Source: Planctomycetota bacterium (GTDB lineage Bacteria > Planctomycetota > Phycisphaerae > UBA1845). Taken from it: 64,000 nt of DNA. This document shows, piece after piece, positions 34,301 through 42,587 of this stretch (positions are counted from its first letter, which is position 1; every line of letters begins with the position of its first letter). A model generated the notes under the pieces. It was not told where the DNA came from. It did not search any database and saw only the letters and a list, made by a program, of their open reading frames with translations. The position numbers and the translations under genes were made by a program. The stretch lies in NCBI GenBank assembly GCA_043806315.1, contig JAZDHF010000280.1, positions 2,972 through 66,971 of the forward strand, read 5' to 3'.

Positions 34301-34499
34301 CGGAATCGTGAACTTCGCCGCCCGCGTGGTCGGCGCCATCAAGGGCGCTGAGATTTGGTTGAGCGACCGCGCCAAGGAGGACATTGACCGGCTCGGGGCC
34401 TCGCGGCACAAACGGTTGGGATGGAAACGACACGAGGGCGTTACCATGAAGGGTTTCCCCGGCATGTTCACGTTGTGGTCGATGCAAGAAACCGGCTAG
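31320..34499 (+). CDS. WD40 - Roc GTPase - COR-like - class III nucleotide cyclase multidomain protein
   Basis: 1059 aa from MADKNQEE. Seven WD40 blades. P-loop GDTGVGKTG and DLAGQ (32382-32906). Central region with a FFMCPDC...NCPCGG knuckle. Cyclase motifs FTDVIGST, KTIGDSFMAAF and IVNFAARV (33987-34496). Confidence 0.8.
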   Translation: MADKNQEEQWRRADDEVRKNLPPGVKLVRTLRGHTDWIGRIAWSPDGRLIASPSMDMSIRLWDAENGKETRRFEGHQHGVNSVVFSPDGARLASGSYDNTVCLWDVGTGEELRRFKGYEHSVNGVVFSPDGARLASGSDDNTVRVWDVGTGKEFRRFGGHQGWVSSVVFSPDGARLTSGGGDNTVRLWDVRTGKKLRRFEGHQEWVPSVVFSPDGARLASGSDDNTVRLWDVGTGKLLRTLEGHTDSVICVAFLSDGRLLASKSSDHTVRLWSVDPGACVAVIPEPTSRYLWPPGLAFNPRLPRLATVGSDPGAPADNPGSTETLRDCVIHIWQLDLAVLLGQVAEPSAHYVNAKVVLVGDTGVGKTGLSLVLNHQPYRETDSTAGRHVWTFDSREVPVGLNVAQTRETLLWDLAGQPGYRVIHQLHLNEVAVALVVFDARSETDPLAGVRHWERALRLAQQRQGTSGVPMKKFLVSARNDRGGVSIGEERVKTILDEFGFDGYFKTSAKEGWQVKELRAAIEKAIEWETLPEVSSSQLFADIKSFLLEVKKTGRLLAPASQLYDDFARQHPDTAAKTANLRDQFETCTGRLENRDLIRRLTFGGYVLLQPELLDAYGSAMVNTAREEPDGLGSIAEEIALTGKFFVPKEQNIKDPGQEQLLLHATVEELVRHDLALRENADDGRYLVFPSQFNRDYEDAPEPKGKAAALTFEGPVQSLYATLAVRLGHSGLFTTGRAEMWRNAAIFTATAGGKCGLFLHEFAEARGRLILFFDDHASSETRFHFEEFVLAHARRRALDGTVELVRFFMCPDCADPVPDSYVKRLRDKGTMAFNCPCGGTVSLVEPKERIRFPSQVEAMDKSADRQRDFDAFVMSAKGETSTKDFHEWAGGERVTLAIVFTDVIGSTALSEEIREEAMNEVRRAHFVQSRKLLAQFKGREIKTIGDSFMAAFKAVDAALDYAIALQVSTGDPHVQIRAGIHIGPMQVEEGDVFGGIVNFAARVVGAIKGAEIWLSDRAKEDIDRLGASRHKRLGWKRHEGVTMKGFPGMFTLWSMQETG
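31410..32165 (+). repeat. Tandem 126-bp WD40-coding repeats (six units)
   Basis: Units start at 31410, 31536, 31662, 31788, 31914 and 32040. Units 2-5 share near-identical stretches of about 60 nt (cgactggccagcggaagcgacgacaacaccgtgcgg.tgtgggacgtgggaaccggcaag). Confidence 0.85.
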
Positions 34500-34656
34500 G
34501 TGCGCCAATGGGCGGGGTTCGATACCGCGTCTCACGACCTCCGCCCGACGCCCCGACTTTCCCGCCACTTCGAGTTTCCGGGCGACCGCTGCGCGACCGT
34601 TTTCCCCCCGATCACCCGCGAAGTTCTCTCAGTAGATGAAGTGTGTCTGCGCCCAG

Positions 34657-34735
34657 CCCGCGCGCACGGTGCGGGAGATTTGTTTCACGTGGAACAACGC
34701 GGCGATGCCAATGACTGGCACGGACCTGTCGTCCC
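34657..34735. repeat. About 79-bp repeat with GTTTCACGTGGAAC core (right flank, inverted relative to 30761-30836)
   Basis: See the 30761-30836 feature. Confidence 0.5.
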
Positions 34736-34748
34736 GGTGCGCCGGGGA

Positions 34749-35123
34749 TCAACGCGCTGGTTGGCCCCGCGCCGGCGATTGGGGTTCTGATTTGCATTTC
34801 GGCGGGGACGACGGTTCGAGGGTGTAGAGAAACCATCGCCGCTTGGGATCGCCGGATCGCGGCGTTTGCCGGGTGCAGTAGATCGTCCAGATCGCAGCGT
34901 CGCTCATCCGCAGGCGGAAGTAGTGGCGGCGCAAATACAGCTCGCCGCCGGCCCGTGCTCCTTCACGCGAGGAGTCCTTCCACGCGCTGAGTTCTTCGAC
35001 CACGGCCAGCGACAGGCCGCGCCAGACAAAGCCCGTCGGCAGCCCCGGCTCGCCTCGACCCATGCGGGACACGCCGAAAGTGCCCGCGTGCGGCGTGATC
35101 GGTTCGCTGATAAGCTCGGACAT
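34749..35123 (-). CDS. Hypothetical protein (124 aa)
   Basis: ATG at 35123 (MSELISEPI). GLPTGFVWRG...LYLRRHYFRLRM. Family not recognised with confidence. The 3' end is encoded by a repeat. Confidence 0.5.
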   Translation of the reverse strand: MSELISEPITPHAGTFGVSRMGRGEPGLPTGFVWRGLSLAVVEELSAWKDSSREGARAGGELYLRRHYFRLRMSDAAIWTIYCTRQTPRSGDPKRRWFLYTLEPSSPPKCKSEPQSPARGQPAR

Positions 35124-35215
35124 CGGTTGGGCTTCGAGTGCGTCCTGAGCCCCCCTCACCCTGCCCTCGGACCCTCCCTCCTCGGTCGGGTCGTCCGACC
35201 CCCCAGGGGGGGAGA

Positions 35216-35471
35216 GGGGGACGTGGTCCGGGGATCGTTGATCCCAGGACTGAAGGTCCTGGGCTAAGTTCGAGCGTCCCAAGCCGGACTCGCGCCCCCC
35301 CCAAGGGGTGGCGCTACGGGCCCCGCGCGGGCGAGGGGGGTGCGGGGGCGGTGGTCGGGGGACCGTTGACCCCAGGAGTGAAGGTCCGGGGCTATGTCCG
35401 CGCGTCCCCCGCCGGCCTCGCCCCACCCCGCTGGGGTGGCGCTACTGGCCCCGCGCTGGCGATTGGGGTTC
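35216..35471. repeat. GC-rich REP-like hairpin cluster, two tandem units of about 120-128 bp
   Basis: Unit 1 is about 35216-35333 and unit 2 about 35334-35462. Each holds a CCCAGGAnTGAAGGTCCnGGG hairpin. The 25-bp tail GGCCCCGCGCnGGCGATTGGGGTTC recurs at 34763-34787. Confidence 0.6.
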
Positions 35472-35477
35472 GGAGGA

Positions 35478-35957
35478 TCACCGTCGGACGTCGTACATGG
35501 CCATGAGGCACTTGGCGAGATCGGAGCGGCCGGGATTGCGCAAATGGGCACCGGCGATGGCGACTTGCAGGCTGTCGCGTTTGGAACCCGCGTCGGCCAC
35601 CCGTACGATGGTCGTGCCGGACTTGCCCTCGTGCGGAGTCAGCCCCGCGCGGAGGGCATACCCGGCCGTGAACGCGATCAGTACGCTCGCTGCGTAGCGA
35701 AGAAGCCCGTGCGACAACCACGCCAACGTCCGCGGCGGCGACTCGCTGAGGATCAAACGGTCGCCCACGCGGCGGACGCTCACCGCTCGCGGTTCGGGGA
35801 GGGCTTGCAGGCTCCGCACGGCCCTGCTCATGGACTCGTATTCGGCACGGCACGGCGCGCATTGCGCGAGATGGGCCTGGAAGGCCGGACGGTCGGCATC
35901 GGAAAGCTCACCGCCCAAGGCGTCGGCCAGCAGCATTTGGAAATCTTCGCACTTCAT
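35478..35957 (-). CDS. Anti-sigma factor (zf-HC2 type)
   Basis: MKCEDFQMLLADALGGEL...HLAQCAPCRAEY, then a TM helix. Its start overlaps the sigma gene stop (ATGA). Confidence 0.7.
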   Translation of the reverse strand: MKCEDFQMLLADALGGELSDADRPAFQAHLAQCAPCRAEYESMSRAVRSLQALPEPRAVSVRRVGDRLILSESPPRTLAWLSHGLLRYAASVLIAFTAGYALRAGLTPHEGKSGTTIVRVADAGSKRDSLQVAIAGAHLRNPGRSDLAKCLMAMYDVRR

Positions 35958-36478
35958 GGTTGCACCTCGTCGGCCCATCGAGGCCGCAGTCGGTCCCGCA
36001 CCGCCTGCACGGCCCGCAGGTAGTGCGTCTTGACCGTCGAAACCGCCACATTCATCTCCGCCGCAATCGCCGCGAAGGTCATCTCATCGTACACCTTGGC
36101 GACCAGCACGCTCCGCTGGATGTCGCTCAAGCGGTCCAACGCGGAAGCGAAGTCCTCTCGTAGCGTCGCACGATCCAGCATCTCAACCGCCCCTTCGTCC
36201 GCCGCCCGCAGGTCCATTGTGTCGGCGACCGGTCCCACATCCGCCTGACGCTTCCGACACATATCAATCGCCCGATTCAACGTGACCCTCCTGAGCCATC
36301 CGCGCGGCTGCGACGGTCGGCCCTGCGTGCATTGTTGGTCCCATCGAAGAAACACGTCCTGCACCACGTCGAGGGCGTCGTGATGCCGCCCCATGAATCG
36401 ATAGGCCCAGCGGTACACCTGCCCGGCATACTGCTCGAACCCGCCGGACCTTGAACCTTCCACCGATGCGGTGGGCAC
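35954..36478 (-). CDS. ECF (sigma-70 family) RNA polymerase sigma factor
   Basis: 174 aa. Region 2 (DALDVVQDVFLR) and region 4 HTH (MTFAAIAAEMNVAVSTVKTHYLRA). Confidence 0.85.
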   Translation of the reverse strand: MPTASVEGSRSGGFEQYAGQVYRWAYRFMGRHHDALDVVQDVFLRWDQQCTQGRPSQPRGWLRRVTLNRAIDMCRKRQADVGPVADTMDLRAADEGAVEMLDRATLREDFASALDRLSDIQRSVLVAKVYDEMTFAAIAAEMNVAVSTVKTHYLRAVQAVRDRLRPRWADEVQP

Positions 36479-36488
36479 GCGCCCTCTC

Positions 36489-37532
36489 CTACTTTTCGTC
36501 CCGGTCCAGCGGCAGCCGCGAGGTCACCATCAACTCGTAGGGCCGATCACGGAACGCCTTCCCATCGAACCCCCACCCCACCGTGCCGTCGTCCTCGGTG
36601 TCGGCGTTGTGGGCGACGATCTCACCGGGCATCGTAACATGGATTTCGAAGGACTGGCCGCCGAGCTGGTTGGTGATGTCGTAGTACTTCTTGGCCCGCT
36701 CATAGCCCGCGTCGAACCTGGCGAGATGTTCTGCATCGAACTCAGCGTCGCGGTGGAGCGATCCGAGGAACGCCTGATGGGCTTCGGCCAGAATCCGTTG
36801 CGATTCCCGCTCAAACTGCTCGTCCTGGTCTTCCTGGGGCGTGTTTTCGTGCCGCTTGGCGAGGGCGTCCCAATCGACCTTCTCCTCATAAACCTTCAAC
36901 AAAGCGGCGCGGGCCAGCAGCCAATGATCAGGCTTCATCGCCGGATTGGTGTCCTTGAGGGCGCGTTGGGCGAGCTCGATCTGCTTGTAGGCCTCGACGC
37001 CCGCGAAGGCCTTAATGATCTGTACGCGCTCCTCGTGCGTCAGCTCCTCGGGCTTCTTCTCGCCGAGCTTCTTGATGTTGTCGTCGATGTGGGCGTCCGC
37101 CCAGAACTGCATGTAGGCCCAATCCCGCGGCGCGTAGACGCGGCGGAAGTGCAGGTACACGCCGTCCTTGCGGCGTTCGCGGCTCAGCGTCGTGGGGAAC
37201 TTCAGGTATAGCCCCGCGTCGGGGTCATTCGGCGCGGCATAGCTGCCGGGAAGCTCCTCGCCCGGTTTGAAGGTCCGTTCCCCCGTCAGATGGACCTCCT
37301 CCTTCTTGTTTTCGTCCGTGCGGAGATCACGGGATACCTTCCACCCGCCCTGCTCGGAGGGCATGGCGTCACCCTTGTCGAAGTCGCCCTTGTCGCCCTC
37401 GTACTCGATGGTGACCGTCACCGCCCCGTCGGGCTTGACGATGAGCGTTTCCTTGCGCTTCACGCAGCCGAGCGCGAACAGCACCGGAAGGACCACTACC
37501 GCCGAGAGAAAAATGAATCGTCGTCCGCTCAT
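36489..37532 (-). CDS. Hypothetical lipoprotein
   Basis: MSGRRFIFLSAVVVLPVLFALGC lipobox. Downstream of the ECF pair. Confidence 0.6.
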   Translation of the reverse strand: MSGRRFIFLSAVVVLPVLFALGCVKRKETLIVKPDGAVTVTIEYEGDKGDFDKGDAMPSEQGGWKVSRDLRTDENKKEEVHLTGERTFKPGEELPGSYAAPNDPDAGLYLKFPTTLSRERRKDGVYLHFRRVYAPRDWAYMQFWADAHIDDNIKKLGEKKPEELTHEERVQIIKAFAGVEAYKQIELAQRALKDTNPAMKPDHWLLARAALLKVYEEKVDWDALAKRHENTPQEDQDEQFERESQRILAEAHQAFLGSLHRDAEFDAEHLARFDAGYERAKKYYDITNQLGGQSFEIHVTMPGEIVAHNADTEDDGTVGWGFDGKAFRDRPYELMVTSRLPLDRDEK

Positions 37533-37705
37533 GTTTGTGCCTCCATGTTCAAGAACCACCCGGTCTCTACTACCCTAGACGTGCCCCGGGCGATTTTGGA
37601 CGACACGATTCGACCAACGATCTTGCATATGCACCCGGTGTTACCGAGAATCCTAGCATGACGGCTGGGGCGTCGCCCCCGGCGGAGACCCAAGCTGGAA
37701 CCAAC

Positions 37706-38332
37706 ATGGGCAAGGCAGTTTCCACGAAGCGGGCGGAACGGATCGAGGTACGGCCTCTGGACCCCCACGATTGGCCCGTCATCGAAGATCTCTTCGGCGA
37801 AAACGGAGCCTGCGGGGGTTGTTGGTGCATGTCCTGGCGGGTCCCGCACGGCGGGAAGCTCTGGGAACAGAGTAAGGGCGAAAAGAACCGTCGGGCCTTC
37901 AAACGACTGGTGCAGGCCGGGGAGGTCCACGGCTGTCTCGCCTTCGTCGGTTCGGAGCCGGTGGGATGGTGCTGCATTGGACCACGCAGCGGTTTCCCGC
38001 GACTCGCGACGATCAAAGCTCTGCAACTCCCGTGGGATGAGGGCACGTGGTCGGTGACCTGCTTCTTCATCCGTTCGCGCTGGCGGAATCGTGGAGTCGC
38101 GTCGGCCTTGCTGCGCGCCGCAGTCAAGCTCGCTCGCGACCAGGGGGCGAGGGAATTAGAGGGCTACCCCGTCCGACCCTACGGCGATGGCCGCATTCCG
38201 GCCGCCTTCGCTTGGACCGGCGTTCCGCGCCTCTTCCAAGAACAAAAGTTCGTCGCCCTTACCCCGCCCGGCCACCCCCGCGACATCTACCGCAAGACAT
38301 TCCGCCAAGCGCGCGAGGCGCCGCCGAAATGA
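37706..38332 (+). CDS. GNAT-family N-acetyltransferase
   Basis: RNRGVASALLRAAV acetyl-CoA motif. Start uncertain (ATG at 37658 or 37706). Confidence 0.7.
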   Translation: MGKAVSTKRAERIEVRPLDPHDWPVIEDLFGENGACGGCWCMSWRVPHGGKLWEQSKGEKNRRAFKRLVQAGEVHGCLAFVGSEPVGWCCIGPRSGFPRLATIKALQLPWDEGTWSVTCFFIRSRWRNRGVASALLRAAVKLARDQGARELEGYPVRPYGDGRIPAAFAWTGVPRLFQEQKFVALTPPGHPRDIYRKTFRQAREAPPK

Positions 38333-38336
38333 GGAT

Positions 38337-39935
38337 TCACCGCGCCGAGGCTTGCACGGGTACGCGCTCAGCCACGTAAACGGTGCTTTGCGTGAGTTCG
38401 CGCCAGAGACGCGGCGGGGCGTAGGCCTCGAACCCCTCGACGCCGTTGTGCCAAAGTTGCTCCAGCGGGCGATTCCCATCCGCAACGATGTATACCCGTT
38501 CCGTGGATGGCGACGTCGGGAGGGACAATGACCGGATCCCCTTCTGGACCATGTAGTATTGCGTGGCCGGTGTGTAGCGACTCACCAGGGCGCATCGGTC
38601 GCTGCCGCGTGCTTTGCATTCCTCAAGGGCCTGTTCGACTTCGACCAATCCGTTAGGCTCCGCGCACAAGTATGGTCGCCGGACGACGGTGAGCAACGGG
38701 AGCGAGACGATGCCGACAACGACCATCGTCGCGAACGGGACTTTGGCACCCCGACGCTCACCGGACAACGCAAGCATCGAACCCAACCTTGACACGCCTG
38801 CGACGGCGCAGACCAGAACAAGAGGCAGGAGCATGACCCACGCGCGGGCGGGGAGCGGCGCGCGCATCAGACCCGCCATTGCCGTGGCGACCAGAACGAC
38901 AACCACGGGCACGAATCCTCGTTCGGATGATTGGCGCAACGAATGAATGACGAACGCGGCACAACCCCCGATAAAGATCGCCGACCAGACGGGGGTAGCG
39001 TCGCGGGTCCACAGCTCCCACGTTGAGCCGAGCATTCCTCCGAACGTGGGGATCTGCGCTCCGAGAATATCGTAGGCCATTTGCCCGGTCCCGACGAGCT
39101 TTCCCACGCCCACCGTGATGAAAATCGGAAAATACAGACCCGTGGTCAGCAACCCGCAAACGCCAAGCCCGATCGTCAGGCCGCGAATCGTCTCTTTCCG
39201 TTGCGCTCCCTGACCGGCCACGACCCAAGCGGCTAACAGCATCGCCGCCGTCAGCCCGGCGACCGGATAGACCATCAGGGGCACGGTGAAGGCACCGAGT
39301 GCGCCGACGACGCCCCAGGCCATCCAGAGTCCTCGCCGCCGCGGTGTGGCGATCAAATGCAGCGTCAGCCCGGCCGCAAGGACGGTGAACAGCGTCAGCC
39401 ACGAGTAGCCGCGGGCGTTGGTGGAGTACTCGATCAACGCGGACGATCCACAGACGGCCAGCGCCGAAAGCAGGGCGACCGCGCGACTGCGGGTCAGCCG
39501 CCATCCAAGCCACGCCGTGGCCGGGATCAGCAGCACTCCGGCCACGAACGCCGGCAGCCGAAGCGCCGCCGGGCTCGTCCCGACGACGCGGCTCACGGCC
39601 CAGACCATCAGCGTGTGCAGCACATGGTTGTTGGGCACGTAGTGCGTGACGATGAACGCCGGCGAGTGCGAACTGAAGTTCAGGTAGTTGTAGGCCTCGT
39701 CGTAGCGCATCGGCTGATCGAGGAATCGCCAGCGCACCGCCGCGCCCAGCAGCGTCAGACCGGTCACCCCCGCGATCATCCATCGCGTCGATCGGTCCTG
39801 TGGAGTGGGTTGTGTGAGCATGAAGCGCATCGGAGACGGTGTCGGGGAGGCGCCCGACGCTTGAGACGCCGACATTATCTTGTTTTTCGGACATCCCGGC
39901 GTCGCCCTGAAGCGAGTCGGGCGACTTACGAGCAA
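38337..39935 (-). CDS. Polytopic membrane glycosyltransferase (ArnT/PMT-like, GT39/GT83-type)
   Basis: 532 aa. About 12 TM helices with an N-terminal RYDEAYNY loop motif. Start uncertain. Confidence 0.65.
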   Translation of the reverse strand: MLVSRPTRFRATPGCPKNKIMSASQASGASPTPSPMRFMLTQPTPQDRSTRWMIAGVTGLTLLGAAVRWRFLDQPMRYDEAYNYLNFSSHSPAFIVTHYVPNNHVLHTLMVWAVSRVVGTSPAALRLPAFVAGVLLIPATAWLGWRLTRSRAVALLSALAVCGSSALIEYSTNARGYSWLTLFTVLAAGLTLHLIATPRRRGLWMAWGVVGALGAFTVPLMVYPVAGLTAAMLLAAWVVAGQGAQRKETIRGLTIGLGVCGLLTTGLYFPIFITVGVGKLVGTGQMAYDILGAQIPTFGGMLGSTWELWTRDATPVWSAIFIGGCAAFVIHSLRQSSERGFVPVVVVLVATAMAGLMRAPLPARAWVMLLPLVLVCAVAGVSRLGSMLALSGERRGAKVPFATMVVVGIVSLPLLTVVRRPYLCAEPNGLVEVEQALEECKARGSDRCALVSRYTPATQYYMVQKGIRSLSLPTSPSTERVYIVADGNRPLEQLWHNGVEGFEAYAPPRLWRELTQSTVYVAERVPVQASAR

Positions 39936-40084
39936 GAAATGCGCGGACGATCACCGATATGAAGCTAGCGCGTGCGCATCCGCGCCCTGAGCCGCGGGCG
40001 GAACAGGCTCCCGGCGCGCCGGGAGCCCGCCTGGAATTCGATTTTCAGTCAACGCAGTCGAGGCCGACCCGCAACGCACCGACC

Positions 40085-42481
40085 ATGACCACCGCAACCA
40101 TCAGCGTCGACGCCCACCGCAAACGGATGGTGCAATTCCTCCGCGAGGGTCGCGGTTATCAGTTCCTGAACATCGCCGACCCGTACCTGGTCCATTGTCC
40201 CGACGACCACTACATCCGCCTCATGGCCGTGCGTGAGTACCTCGCCTTGAATCTCATCGAACCCGCGCGGAGCCTGTTGGACGTGGAGCCGGCGGTGGTC
40301 GAATTACCCGCGGAACTGGCCGAGCTTCGTGAATCGCTTCGATCGCTGCCCGGCGCTGCGATTCCTTGGTCGTCCTTCACCGCTCAGTTCGAGGCCAACC
40401 TGACGGCCCTATCCGATCGCGGCGTGGACGTCACAGCGATCCGTGAGGCCTGGCGCCGAGAGCAGCCCCGGTACGAACTCTTTCGCGACCGCAACAGTGT
40501 GTACCAGGTTCGCCGTCATGACGGCAGCGGTTCGTGGCGGTGGTTCCCTTTCTTGGGAGACCACCGTGTAGTGGATTTCGCCAGAGCCATGCCGGAGGGA
40601 ATCGGGGCCAACATGCCCGGCCCGTATCTGTTCGAGGGACTGGGGATGGGTTGGTTCTTCGAGCGCGTCTACCACGCGACGCGCAACACCTTCCTCGGCT
40701 ATAGCTGCGCCCTGTTCGCCGTTGAGCCGCGACCGGCGTCGCCGGCCATCGTGCTTCACTTGCGGGACTGGCGCGAAATCCTCGCGGACGCCCGGGTCTT
40801 CGTGTTCGTCGGTCCATCGTGCACGGATCAGCTCGCCCGCGCTTGGGAGGAGGATGACGACCTCCCCTTCCCCCATCAGGCGTTTACCTGCGGCGCCTTC
40901 CCGACGGACTACTCGCCAGGGGTCGTCGAAGTGGTTCATCGCGCGGCGGGAACGCGTGAACACGCGGTCCGTGAATCTCTTCGCGACCTGGAGCATCGCT
41001 ATGCGGCGCGCACGCTTCCCCTTTGGGCGAAACGCTTCGACGAGGCTTTGAATCGACGCGGCGAACCGCTGCGAATCCTGGCCGCGGTGAGCACGCACAC
41101 CACGTTCCTCCAACACTCCATGCGCGACGCCCGCCGGGCCCTGGAATCCCTCGGACATCGCTGCCTCGTACTGACCGAAAAGACGCCGTTCGCCGTCACC
41201 GGGCCGTTGACCTATCACAACGCCATCCGCGAGTTCGATCCCGATCTGTTCTTCATCCTCGATCACCTCCGCCCGGAGTTCGAGACGATTCTCCCACGAA
41301 ATCTGCCCATCCTGACCTGGGACCAGGACCAATTGCCGCACGTCTTCACCAAGTCCAACCTCGAGCGGATCGCCAAGCACGACTTTGTGGCCGGTTGCTC
41401 GAAGTCCCGCTGCGTCACCTTGGGTTGCGATCCGCGGCAGTTCCTCCACGCCCGCGTCCCGACCTGCCCGGAACAGTTCGGCGGCGACCCGTTAACCGAT
41501 GACGAGCTATCCCGATACACGTGCGACGTCTCCTACGTCAGTCATGCGTCGCAGACTCCGCGGGCTTTCCACGAGCAAGAGCGACAGGGCTATGCGCATC
41601 CGACGCTTGCCCAACTGCTGGACGAAATGTACGAGCAGATGCCCGCGATGTTGGCCCGGTATCGCACGGCGGACATCGGAGTGATGACCACGGTTCTGGC
41701 CGAGGGTTGTCGCCGCTGCGGAATCGCCCGGCTTGATCCAGACCTTGAGGCCCGACTGCAAGGCTGGTACCTCTGGCGGCTCGGCGATCGGTTGTTCCGC
41801 CACGAGGCGCTAGGATGGGTCGCCGAATGGTCGCGCCGCACAGGGCGGTCGTTCCGCATCTACGGAAACGGCTGGGACAAGCACCCGACGCTCGCCGAAT
41901 TCGCCGCCGGCCCCGCCGACAACGGGCGTGAGCTGTTGTGCGTCTATCGCGCCTCGCGGATCAACCTGCAACTCATGCCCGCGGGGTTCATCCACCAGCG
42001 CTCGCTGGACGGAATGGCCGCCGGCGGGTTCTTCCTCACTCGACTATGTCCCCACGATCTTCGCGGCACGACGCTCCGCCGCCTCGAAGCCCGCATTCAA
42101 GAATTGCGCGTCGCGAGCACGGACGAACTGCTCGGATGTTCAGACGCGGAGCTGCAAACGCTCCTGCGCGGCTATCTCGGGGATTCGATCTGTACGGTGG
42201 ATCATCATAAGTACGACCTTCTCGGCCAGGTCCGCATGAACGCCGAGCTTCTTTACCCCGACGAGGTCTTTCCCGACTTCCGCGAGATCGCCTTCGATTC
42301 CGCGGAGGAGTTCGCCGCCGCCGCGGAACGATTTCTGGCCGACGAGCCGTGCCGCAGCGCAATTGCCGACCGGATGCACAACGTAGTCGTCGAACGGTTC
42401 AGCTATCGCTCGACGATGGACCACTTCCTCCGCTCCATGGCCGCCTATCTCGCCCAGATCGGCGCCGAGGCATCGTCCTGA
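40085..42481 (+). CDS. Large cytoplasmic protein with C-terminal CgeB-like glycosyltransferase domain (putative)
   Basis: ATG at 40085. The C-terminal YRASRINLQLMPAGFIHQRSLDGMAAGGFFL resembles the CgeB/DUF3880 family. From memory only. Confidence 0.5.
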   Translation: MTTATISVDAHRKRMVQFLREGRGYQFLNIADPYLVHCPDDHYIRLMAVREYLALNLIEPARSLLDVEPAVVELPAELAELRESLRSLPGAAIPWSSFTAQFEANLTALSDRGVDVTAIREAWRREQPRYELFRDRNSVYQVRRHDGSGSWRWFPFLGDHRVVDFARAMPEGIGANMPGPYLFEGLGMGWFFERVYHATRNTFLGYSCALFAVEPRPASPAIVLHLRDWREILADARVFVFVGPSCTDQLARAWEEDDDLPFPHQAFTCGAFPTDYSPGVVEVVHRAAGTREHAVRESLRDLEHRYAARTLPLWAKRFDEALNRRGEPLRILAAVSTHTTFLQHSMRDARRALESLGHRCLVLTEKTPFAVTGPLTYHNAIREFDPDLFFILDHLRPEFETILPRNLPILTWDQDQLPHVFTKSNLERIAKHDFVAGCSKSRCVTLGCDPRQFLHARVPTCPEQFGGDPLTDDELSRYTCDVSYVSHASQTPRAFHEQERQGYAHPTLAQLLDEMYEQMPAMLARYRTADIGVMTTVLAEGCRRCGIARLDPDLEARLQGWYLWRLGDRLFRHEALGWVAEWSRRTGRSFRIYGNGWDKHPTLAEFAAGPADNGRELLCVYRASRINLQLMPAGFIHQRSLDGMAAGGFFLTRLCPHDLRGTTLRRLEARIQELRVASTDELLGCSDAELQTLLRGYLGDSICTVDHHKYDLLGQVRMNAELLYPDEVFPDFREIAFDSAEEFAAAAERFLADEPCRSAIADRMHNVVVERFSYRSTMDHFLRSMAAYLAQIGAEASS

Positions 42482-42587
42482 CAAAAGCGACGCCTCGCAC
42501 CCGCCGATAACCGTGTGGCGGTGCGCGAACGCGCAAGAGTTGCGCGAGTCGCTCCGTTCCTCTTCGGACCGGTGGAACCAGCGTGCG

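Noticed and set aside
30771-34729. TGGCACG in both flanking repeats as possible sigma-54 promoters, given the NtrC-type activator in the window
   Set aside because: The downstream element at the required spacing is TGTC or CCCC rather than TTGC, so neither site fits TGGCAC-N5-TTGC.
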